DNA of 64,000 nt from an uncultured bacterium (lineage in GTDB: Bacteria; Oederibacteriota; Oederibacteriia; Oederibacteriales; Oederibacteriaceae): NCBI GenBank assembly GCA_965112635.1, contig OZ218778.1, positions 2,592,001 through 2,656,000 on the forward strand, in the 5' to 3' direction. The notes below the pieces were generated by a model, which was given only the letters and a program-made list of their open reading frames with translations, made no database searches and was not told the DNA's origin. Both the position numbers and the translations under genes were made by a program. Below, in pieces: positions 28,931-37,474 of the stretch (the first letter of the stretch is position 1; each line of letters begins with the position of its first letter).

Positions 28931-30084
28931 TTAGAAACCCCTGGTATATTCTTTGTGTTTTGTTTTAAAAGATTAAGTATCGCTTCAAACACCGATTCGG
29001 GTTTAATCAGTTCCATACAATGTGGCTTCTTTTCACAATAATGCAAATAACACGGCGAACATTGAATAGGGCTTACAATCTTGACTCCTCGTCCATATGT
29101 CAAAATCTCATTTGGTGTTGTAGGACCAAATAAAGTTACCGTTAATTTTTTTAATGCAATAGCTAAATGCATCGCCAGCGTATCACCCGATACGATTAAA
29201 TGGCAACAATTTAAAACAGCGGCAAATCTGCGCAAGTTGTTATTATAGCCTGTTTCCAGAATAGGTACTTTACAAATTTTCTTTAGGTTTTCGATTCCTT
29301 CCTGTTCCTTACCAGACCCAAAAACTAGGATTGTTGCTTTTAATTTTTCGTTCAACATGTCAACAAGAAAAGCAAATTGTTCAACACCCCAGGATTTATG
29401 TGCGAAAATGCTTCCCGCACCAGGATGGATTCCTATTACAAGTGTATTTCCTGATATTTTATTTTGCTCTTTAAATCTTTCGCCTACTGCTATCTCGGAC
29501 TCTGTCAAATGGAAAACATACTCATCTTGGTCAAAAGAAAGATTTAATGTTTCGAAAACAATTTCCTGGTAACTTTTTTGATTAATTTTGAACTTCAATT
29601 CATCGGAAATACCTAAAGCAAATGAATAAGAAGCCTCAGGGTTGAGAGGATAGGGATTCCCTTCTTCATGCATACCGTATCCAAACTTTTCCTTGGCTTT
29701 TATAAGAGTGGCCAGACTGGTTCCCCTGAGCTCTTTGTCTAAAGATATCACTACATCAAATATTTGCAATTGTAAGGACATAACAGTTTCAAGATCATAG
29801 GAGAAGAGCCTATTGACATAAGGATTCCCCTCCAATAAATCTAACGACTCTTTTGATGTTAACCAACAGATGTAAGAACGAGGATATTTTAATTTTAGTT
29901 TAGGCAAAATAGCCGTAGTTCTTAGCACGTCACCCATAGCCCCTAACTTAATGATCAAAATCCTTTGCCCCATAGGAGCATAATGAGGACAGCCCTCGCA
30001 AAATAGATGGTAATGGCAAGGCTTCTCGCCTTTGAAATAAACGCAATCATAATTATAAAAAATTGCCTTTGAATAATCTTCCAT
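28927..30084 (-). CDS. GT9 glycosyltransferase (LPS heptosyltransferase-like)
   Basis: ILIIKLGAMGDVLRTT, IGIHPGAG, SGDTLAMHLAIAL, LFGPT; Cys clusters at both ends. Confidence 0.9.
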   Translation of the reverse strand: MEDYSKAIFYNYDCVYFKGEKPCHYHLFCEGCPHYAPMGQRILIIKLGAMGDVLRTTAILPKLKLKYPRSYICWLTSKESLDLLEGNPYVNRLFSYDLETVMSLQLQIFDVVISLDKELRGTSLATLIKAKEKFGYGMHEEGNPYPLNPEASYSFALGISDELKFKINQKSYQEIVFETLNLSFDQDEYVFHLTESEIAVGERFKEQNKISGNTLVIGIHPGAGSIFAHKSWGVEQFAFLVDMLNEKLKATILVFGSGKEQEGIENLKKICKVPILETGYNNNLRRFAAVLNCCHLIVSGDTLAMHLAIALKKLTVTLFGPTTPNEILTYGRGVKIVSPIQCSPCYLHYCEKKPHCMELIKPESVFEAILNLLKQNTKNIPGVSK

Positions 30085-30189
30085 CTTAACCCCTGTTCAA
30101 TCACTTCAAAATTGAAACGAATTCAATTTCTTTATATCTTATCTTAATCCCTTAATATCTTTATACTAATTTACATTCTTCCCAACCCC

Positions 30190-33165
30190 CTATTCGACAA
30201 ATATTTCATGAGGTAATATCTCTCTTGGGCCATCAGGAGATTTCCAAAAAACCTTAAAATATAGAGGAAAGTTGACCACTTTGGATTTTAAAGAAATATT
30301 ATGCATCCCCTTTTTTAGACTTACCCATCCCATACGGTTATTATTGATGACAGGTTTTTGGTCAACAAAAAGCCAACTTTGTTCATCTGTTTCAAGGTCA
30401 AAACTATAATTCCCATCTTTCTTGACCTGTATTTTCCCTTCCCATTTTACCGACAAGGGAATCCCCCAAGGCAAGTTCGTTAAATATAATAAAAAAGGGT
30501 CTCGCACCTCCAAATCTGGCGCTCCTTTCCAATCTTGATTTTTAAAATATTCAGCTGTGATATAGTGACCATCCCAGATCGTACTTAATACATTCTGGGG
30601 GACTACAACAAAACCAACACTTTTTTCATTGGCCCCAACTGCTCGCATCCACTCAAGTGCCAAGCTACTTTGAATCTGATTTGAAATTGTTACTTTTATG
30701 CGATGCATTCCTTTTTGCAACAACACTCCACGGGAATCCGCAAAGGTTACCCGTTTATCGTCAAGCCATAGCGTGTTCTTATCATTTCCTTTTATGCGAA
30801 ACTTATAAATACCGAACCTTTCACAATATATAAAGCCCTCCCATTCAACTGAAAAAGGCCTGCCAATTTTCTCTTTTTCCCAATCAAAAACAAAATATTG
30901 GTCAAGGCGTTCTAAAAATGGCTTCCGGGAAGAGCCAGGTTTTCCTTTAAAATACTTCCCCATCAAACCCTGCTTTTTATTAAACTCCTCCTTTGGCACA
31001 AGATATGATTTACAAAAAATATCGCCCCTAAGATCTTTATAATCCTTTTCTTGACCTCCAGGATAATATTTCTTTAATAGATCAATAACAGGAAAATAAT
31101 GGGCATTGAAATAAAAGATAGAATCCCGGTTAGGCTGATCATGAATGGGAATATTTTCAGTAAAATCAAGCCACTGTGTTTCACAATTTTGCCCTGAGGT
31201 GAGAAAGTCTAACGATGGGTCGCCAAAGAAATTCATCGTTAAATATGCTCGCGCCTTGTTACCATGCCAGGCAACATCCCTGCTAATCGAGGTTCTATCC
31301 CCGGCTTGGTCGCCATAAACAGACATATTATTGACTTGGTTAAAAAATAATATCTTAAAGTTTAAAACAGCGATAATGCAAACTAAACCAACACCAAAAA
31401 GGCTAAAGACTTTGATCCCCTTACGGGGTAAAAGATAAACCATATTGGTTTCTAGTGATTCAAGAAAAAAACCAACAAATAACGGCGGGAGAGGCAAAAC
31501 CGCAACTGCGTGTGCAAATCTTGGGTTATCTTTTGCAAAAATTGCTGGTAAAAGAGCGATCAAAAACCAAGAAAGACAAAAGAAATACCGTTCTTTTCTC
31601 CAGTTAAAAATAGCTAGAAACAAGCCAAAAACAAAGAAAATGCCGGCTACAAAATCTAAATAAGGTTGATTGGGCAAATTTATCCATCCAAGACTATCCC
31701 CATTGTTGTTGAACATAAAAAACTCTCTAAAACTATTTCCAAAAAATATACTAACAGATTGCAGCCAGGTGCTGCCGCTTGTAATAGTTCTACCGAGGAT
31801 CTGCCCCCAAAATACCCCGGGATTAACATAAAGAAAGTAAATCATCGGACCAGTAACAAGTAACACCAGAAGAGTCACGAATAATATCGCTCGTGAATGC
31901 TGCCCCCAAAAATGTTTATTTTTTAGACTTAAATAAAAGGCTATAACACACAATAAAATAGGAAAAACTTTCGCTGGCACATAGGTATACAAACTGAGAC
32001 CTAAAGCAAGCCCACCAAATATGTAATATATTTTCTTTCCTGTTACAAATGCTTTTAAGAAAAAATAAATCAAAAGGAGTTCAAAAAATATCAGATGCAG
32101 ATCTAGAGTAAATCTAGAATAGTAAATATGCATTCGGTATGTTGCAAAAATAAGGGTTGCTAATAAAGCACTTCTAACACTCATAAGAATCTTTGCTATT
32201 CTGAAAAAGATGAACACCGATAAGCACCCAAATATTAGATGCACAAGACGCAAACTAAACTCACTGGGCCCAAGAATCTTGATAAATAAAGCGTTGAAAC
32301 ATAGTGGCAGCATAAACACATCACCCCAACCTGCCATAAACGGTGATTTTCCCCATCTTCCGTCGAAATTAATCGCAGGCCCTAAACCTGTAACAAGATA
32401 ATTGATTTCCTGCCCCAAAATTGATTCGTCCGGAAACAATCCCCAAGGGAAAGAAGTAAATTTATAAATTCGGAACAAGACACCCACACTCAGGATAATG
32501 GCCAGAAATATCTGTGTTTTTTTAGGGGAAAGATAATTATCAGGTGATTTCATTTGATTGGTATTTTTATTAAAGAAATACAAGAATATTAGGGCTAAAG
32601 AAAATAGAGGTAATCCGTAGGGCAAGCTTCGCTTAAAGTCGTAACCCTTATAAATATAAAATTGACCCCAAAATCCTAAAACTAAAATGAAAATTATTAC
32701 AGCAGGAATCATGCCTTTGCGACGCCAGGCCTGAGAAATTTGGGAATGCGACCGCGAATGGCCGAAATAATTGTTGGTAACTGCCTGACTTTTCCAGGGG
32801 AATACCCACGAAAAACCGACTATACTTACGATATAACTAAGGACCCCAACCGCGGATATCCAAAAAACACTTAAATATCCTAACAACAAAAATAGGCAAC
32901 AAATCAAAAACCAAAACCACTGTTCTTGAAATATATTTCGTTCGGTTCGCTGGAACAACAGATATTCTTTCTTTTGAAAAACAAAATAAACGGAACTAAT
33001 CAAGATTAGATAGGTTAATATAATTAAAGAAGGTTGGTTGGTGAACGAAAATAAAAGGTTCAGTACGATCGCGGCAATAGCTATAAAAACCCCGATTTGC
33101 CAGCCCATAACCGTGATGCTAAATCCGTTTCCCTTTCCAATCTTAACAATATTCTTGAAGTACAA
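30190..33165 (-). CDS. PMT_2/ArnT-like GT-C glycosyltransferase with C-terminal PA14-like domains
   Basis: Multi-TM; RIYKF...GLFPDE, SLRL, LSLYTY; then GLMGKYF..FDW..FSVEWEGFI and SVKWEGKIQVKKDGNYSF..TDEQSWLFVD..LKKGMHNI. Confidence 0.8.
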   Translation of the reverse strand: MYFKNIVKIGKGNGFSITVMGWQIGVFIAIAAIVLNLLFSFTNQPSLIILTYLILISSVYFVFQKKEYLLFQRTERNIFQEQWFWFLICCLFLLLGYLSVFWISAVGVLSYIVSIVGFSWVFPWKSQAVTNNYFGHSRSHSQISQAWRRKGMIPAVIIFILVLGFWGQFYIYKGYDFKRSLPYGLPLFSLALIFLYFFNKNTNQMKSPDNYLSPKKTQIFLAIILSVGVLFRIYKFTSFPWGLFPDESILGQEINYLVTGLGPAINFDGRWGKSPFMAGWGDVFMLPLCFNALFIKILGPSEFSLRLVHLIFGCLSVFIFFRIAKILMSVRSALLATLIFATYRMHIYYSRFTLDLHLIFFELLLIYFFLKAFVTGKKIYYIFGGLALGLSLYTYVPAKVFPILLCVIAFYLSLKNKHFWGQHSRAILFVTLLVLLVTGPMIYFLYVNPGVFWGQILGRTITSGSTWLQSVSIFFGNSFREFFMFNNNGDSLGWINLPNQPYLDFVAGIFFVFGLFLAIFNWRKERYFFCLSWFLIALLPAIFAKDNPRFAHAVAVLPLPPLFVGFFLESLETNMVYLLPRKGIKVFSLFGVGLVCIIAVLNFKILFFNQVNNMSVYGDQAGDRTSISRDVAWHGNKARAYLTMNFFGDPSLDFLTSGQNCETQWLDFTENIPIHDQPNRDSIFYFNAHYFPVIDLLKKYYPGGQEKDYKDLRGDIFCKSYLVPKEEFNKKQGLMGKYFKGKPGSSRKPFLERLDQYFVFDWEKEKIGRPFSVEWEGFIYCERFGIYKFRIKGNDKNTLWLDDKRVTFADSRGVLLQKGMHRIKVTISNQIQSSLALEWMRAVGANEKSVGFVVVPQNVLSTIWDGHYITAEYFKNQDWKGAPDLEVRDPFLLYLTNLPWGIPLSVKWEGKIQVKKDGNYSFDLETDEQSWLFVDQKPVINNNRMGWVSLKKGMHNISLKSKVVNFPLYFKVFWKSPDGPREILPHEIFVE

Positions 33166-33185
33166 TGCTTTTCCTTTTGTGATCC

Positions 33186-36100
33186 CTAGTAGTATAGAAC
33201 CTCTGTTGGGACAGCTTCCTTTTGGGTTATATTAGGTGGACACCAGAATAAAGTAAGTCCAAGATAATCCATGTGTATATGAGATTTAATGTGAATAGAA
33301 TGAACGCCGGCATTTAAGAAAGTTGCCCCTTCCCTATAAGACCAATCCCTGCTATCCCCACCATTGTCGACAATTAACTTATTGTCTATATAAACCCAGT
33401 TGCCCTGATTGGAATTCGTTCCAAAAATATAACGACCGGATTTATCGATTTTAATTTTTCCGATCCATTCAACAGAAAAAGGAGGCCATAATATCGGCGG
33501 TAAAGGAGGCTGGGCGCTTGCGGTATTGTAAACTAAAGCAGGAACATTTTCTTCAGCAACAGGTTCTCCAGTCCAATCTTGGCTCTTGTAAAATATCGCC
33601 TTCAAACCATGAGGATACCACTCCTTTGTTAAATAATTCCTAATGATTGGCTCAAATTCCATCTTGGCACCTTGGAATTCTGGTTGTTTCCATTCTAAAA
33701 CAAAAGTTCCCTTCCGGTCTTCAGAACAGGTGATTTTTATCGCATGCCCTCCTCTCGCTAACAATACTTGTCCCTGGGGAATATCGTAAGCCATGCCCGC
33801 ATCATCGGTTTTTCTCATGACTATTTGTTTGTCATCTATCCACAAAGAGGCATGCGACGATCCCAGAAAACGAAAAACATGCACTCCATAGAACTTTGAG
33901 TAGAGGGCACCTTTCCAAACCACAGAAAAAGGCACTTGTATTTTCTGGACGCTCCAGTCGAATTTAAGGTCCTTATCAAGTTGCGTTTTAATCACTTTGC
34001 CGCTTAATTCCTGCCCTTGGTGGTAGGTTCCCATGAGACCTTGCAAAGAATCGACATCTTCCTTCTTAACTTGATAAATAAATCCCCTTAGACCATAGTC
34101 AAAAACTCCGGTCCGCTTAAAGGGATCAGGCAAAGCTTCATACTTTCCATTAGGGTAATAATGCCCCATCAAAGATTTAAGGGGTAAATAGGTGCTACGC
34201 AGAAAATAAACCGCATCCCTGTCCGGGGGGTCATGGACCGGCAAATTGTCAACCGGGTTAAACCAGGAAGGCTGGGTGTTCTTGTGATAACCAAGAAAGT
34301 TTACCGAGGGGTGGCTGAAGTAATCAACAGAAAGATAGGAGCGGCTGGAAGCCCCCAGCTGTGCAACACGTTGAGCTACCAAAGTCCGGTCTCCGGCAAA
34401 AAAATCATATGTGGACGAACTAATGGGTTGCTTGGCGTAATATCCAAAATAAGCTAAATAATTACCCGCGCAAAGTACAACAAAGAAAATAACGAGCAAG
34501 ATACCTATAAGTATTTTCCTTTTTGAAAAATGGACAAGCCACCTTTGTGCTCTTATGACAAACACATCAAGAAAAGCACCCATTAAAAGATATACCGCAG
34601 GTAGGCTGACTATCGCCCTTCTCTCGCACGGCGCTCCCCGAGCAAAAGCACAGGGGATAAGCCCAAGTAAAAACCACCAAAATATAAAATTATATTTTGG
34701 TTCAAACCACCTCGACAAACAGACCCCTAGGCCCAAAACAAAGAATATTCCTCCCAAAAAATCCAACTCCCGTATCCCTATAGGGTTGCTTAAAAGCTCT
34801 TCGTCCCCTCTCCAGTTGTACATAAGAATCGTTTTAGCCCAACTCCCCCAAACAGTAACTCTGCTGTCTTCTTTCATCTGACTGAACACAGTATAGGAGG
34901 ATATGTGGCCGCTGGCTGATCCCCAATGATTGAAAAGCCATAGCCCCATAGGCCCAAAAACCACGCCGCTTACAATTAAAAATAAAAAAACATTTTTTAC
35001 ATAAGTTCTCAAGAAAAGAGGATCGCTCAAGATCAAAAAAAGAAGGAACACGAGAGGAATGAAGGGGATGATCCTTCCAGCGTAATATCCATGCAGACTT
35101 AATGCAAGCGATATACCCGCCAAAACAAATGGAATTTTCTTTTGTGTTTCTAAACCCCTCCATAAAAAATAGAAAGACATCAACTCGAAAGTAACTATTG
35201 GCATGAAAATGGGGATCTTGCTGTTATGGAGATGGACACGAGAGGCTGTCAAAAAAGCCGTTACGGTCAAAGCCACCCAAGGGTGAAAGAACTTTTTAGC
35301 TATAAAATAAAAGAAGGGGATGCAGAGGAGCCCCATGATTATGGGAGGCAAGCGCATGACAAACTCGCTGACGCCAAATATTTTATAGAACAAAGCATCA
35401 AAGAAATATAATCCTAGGGGTATATCACCCCAACCTACCGTAATAGGAGTTGTATATTTTCCATCCAGGATGGCTAACTTGTCTAGGGCAGGCCAACATT
35501 CATCTTGATAGATTCCGCCCGGGAAAGTATTTAACTTATAAATCCTGACAAATGCCCCAAACACGATAAGAACAATCAATAAAATTCCTTCGACTTTGGG
35601 TGTTATGACACCTAGGCTCACCTCTGTGCGCAGCCTGTCCTTTTTCATAAGATTAAAAGAAGAAAAACCTACTAAGACCATGGCTACGAAAAAGAACACT
35701 ATTCCACCTTTTGGTAAGCTCTCCATTTTATCCAGGTCCACTAAATGTTGAGCAAAACAGGCTATAAGGATAGCAATCAATAGAGCAATATCCCTGGGAA
35801 AATCCATGGTTTTGGATATTGCATTGCCAGAATCAATATCGGCTTTAACGTAGTAACCACTGCTAGGAATGAATGACCTTGGATAGCCCCAAACAAATAA
35901 GATGAGACCTAAACCGCAGGTAGGGAAACCAAATAATATCTTTTCAGAAACTACAGCAAAAAATCCGATTATAGTTAATATTATCCCTAGTATTAACGAA
36001 AATATTTTGGCTTTTTGTAAAGCTGCAGCGCTATGGCCTTTTTCAACAATTTCTTTCGGGTGGTCCCCTTTTTGCTGCCCAAGGTTGCCGATAAACCTGG

Positions 36101-36329
36101 AAACCCATTGATAAATGGCAATAAAAGAGAAAGATTTTTTGCCTCCGGCTATGAAATAAAACCCTGCGGCAATCACAAAATAACTTATAATCGGCAACGC
36201 GGCGACTTCGGACCACACTCCGATCAAATTGACCAAGATAGCCAAGGCCACAAGCCCTGCCCCAAAATGCCAATAGGCCAGCGTAAAAGCGCCCCAATTG
36301 AATCTGTTTTTCCTTTGCAGCTTACGCAT
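33186..36329 (-). CDS. PMT_2/ArnT-like GT-C glycosyltransferase with C-terminal PA14-like domains (paralog of 30190-33165)
   Basis: RIYKLNTFPGGIYQDE, MRLP, LSLHGYYAGR; GLMGTY..FDW..FSVVWKG; FSVEWIGKIKIDKSGRYIF..WVYIDNKLIVDNGG..LNAGVHSI. Confidence 0.8.
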   Translation of the reverse strand: MRKLQRKNRFNWGAFTLAYWHFGAGLVALAILVNLIGVWSEVAALPIISYFVIAAGFYFIAGGKKSFSFIAIYQWVSRFIGNLGQQKGDHPKEIVEKGHSAAALQKAKIFSLILGIILTIIGFFAVVSEKILFGFPTCGLGLILFVWGYPRSFIPSSGYYVKADIDSGNAISKTMDFPRDIALLIAILIACFAQHLVDLDKMESLPKGGIVFFFVAMVLVGFSSFNLMKKDRLRTEVSLGVITPKVEGILLIVLIVFGAFVRIYKLNTFPGGIYQDECWPALDKLAILDGKYTTPITVGWGDIPLGLYFFDALFYKIFGVSEFVMRLPPIIMGLLCIPFFYFIAKKFFHPWVALTVTAFLTASRVHLHNSKIPIFMPIVTFELMSFYFLWRGLETQKKIPFVLAGISLALSLHGYYAGRIIPFIPLVFLLFLILSDPLFLRTYVKNVFLFLIVSGVVFGPMGLWLFNHWGSASGHISSYTVFSQMKEDSRVTVWGSWAKTILMYNWRGDEELLSNPIGIRELDFLGGIFFVLGLGVCLSRWFEPKYNFIFWWFLLGLIPCAFARGAPCERRAIVSLPAVYLLMGAFLDVFVIRAQRWLVHFSKRKILIGILLVIFFVVLCAGNYLAYFGYYAKQPISSSTYDFFAGDRTLVAQRVAQLGASSRSYLSVDYFSHPSVNFLGYHKNTQPSWFNPVDNLPVHDPPDRDAVYFLRSTYLPLKSLMGHYYPNGKYEALPDPFKRTGVFDYGLRGFIYQVKKEDVDSLQGLMGTYHQGQELSGKVIKTQLDKDLKFDWSVQKIQVPFSVVWKGALYSKFYGVHVFRFLGSSHASLWIDDKQIVMRKTDDAGMAYDIPQGQVLLARGGHAIKITCSEDRKGTFVLEWKQPEFQGAKMEFEPIIRNYLTKEWYPHGLKAIFYKSQDWTGEPVAEENVPALVYNTASAQPPLPPILWPPFSVEWIGKIKIDKSGRYIFGTNSNQGNWVYIDNKLIVDNGGDSRDWSYREGATFLNAGVHSIHIKSHIHMDYLGLTLFWCPPNITQKEAVPTEVLYY

Positions 36330-36424
36330 TCGATCAAAAACCCCTTGTTTAAAAGTTTATTAGCTGATGACCCTTCATATTTTTTTAGCGGCAAGACCAT
36401 TGTGCCAAGAAAATCCGCGGACGT

Positions 36425-37423
36425 TTACTCTGACAGAGGCCCAAATTTTAAAATACGGTTATCTCTGTAGTTAGTCAAATAAAGAAAACCGTTCTTATCA
36501 AAAGCTATCCCGGATAAAGCACCTAGCTTTTCTTGCGGGGGATCGATCCACATTTTCAGCGGTTTTAAATCCTTGTTTAAAACCCAAAGCCTGCCGGCCT
36601 CATCAAGGACATAAAGGTTCCCCTGGGGGCTCAAAATATTACGCCGCAAATTAGCCCCAACGTCCTTTGACGGTTTCCAAACCTTTAGAAACTGTCCTTT
36701 GGCGTCGAATTTTTCTATTCTCTGGTTACCCTGGTCCACAACATAAAAATTCTTTTGTTCATCTACGGCAATTCCAGACGGATCAACCATCTGTCCCTTT
36801 TTGCGGCCATTTTGCCCAAACATCGTTGTAAAATCCCCATGGCCGCTAAATTTATGTATATTCGGCCCCCCAGCGTTGGAAACCCATATATTCCCATCTA
36901 AATCAACGGTTATGGAAAATGGCCCGTAAAATCCACCCTGGAATTTACTAACAAAAATTCCATCTTTATTAAATGTTTGGACTCTATTATCGACCCAGTC
37001 AAGAACCAAAATATTATCTGATTTATTTACAGTTAGGCCACATGGTCCTTGAAATTGGCCATCCTTTGTTCCCTGTCCCCCCCATACTTTTAGGAACTTG
37101 CCGTCTGGGTTAAACTTCTGAATTCTGCAGTTTTTAGTATCAGCAACATAAACATTGCCCTCAAAATCACAGGTTATATCCCTGGGTTCATTAAACTGGC
37201 CTGGCTTAGGTCCATAAGAACCCCATCCCTTAATATAAGGAAGCGGAAACTGTGGCGGAGGGGCCTGATTTGAACTTTTAGCCATCCAAAAAAACTGGAA
37301 CGCCCCTATTAAAACAACTACAACGATAGCAATTTTAATAGGGGTAGGCAAACCAGAGGACTTCTGGGTTTTTGGCTTAGTTTTAGCAATATTACGTTTT
37401 TGATGGCTTCTGGCTTTGGGCAT
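36425..37423 (-). CDS. NHL-repeat beta-propeller, N-terminal membrane anchor
   Basis: Basic N-terminus plus TM; GQFNEPRDITCD..VADTKNCRIQKF, GQFQGPCGL, FYGPFSITVD; GGAGG RBS. Confidence 0.88.
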   Translation of the reverse strand: MPKARSHQKRNIAKTKPKTQKSSGLPTPIKIAIVVVVLIGAFQFFWMAKSSNQAPPPQFPLPYIKGWGSYGPKPGQFNEPRDITCDFEGNVYVADTKNCRIQKFNPDGKFLKVWGGQGTKDGQFQGPCGLTVNKSDNILVLDWVDNRVQTFNKDGIFVSKFQGGFYGPFSITVDLDGNIWVSNAGGPNIHKFSGHGDFTTMFGQNGRKKGQMVDPSGIAVDEQKNFYVVDQGNQRIEKFDAKGQFLKVWKPSKDVGANLRRNILSPQGNLYVLDEAGRLWVLNKDLKPLKMWIDPPQEKLGALSGIAFDKNGFLYLTNYRDNRILKFGPLSE

Positions 37424-37474
37424 TATAATGCCTCCTGTTCTTTAGGATAAGTTGACCACCATCATAGCACTTTT

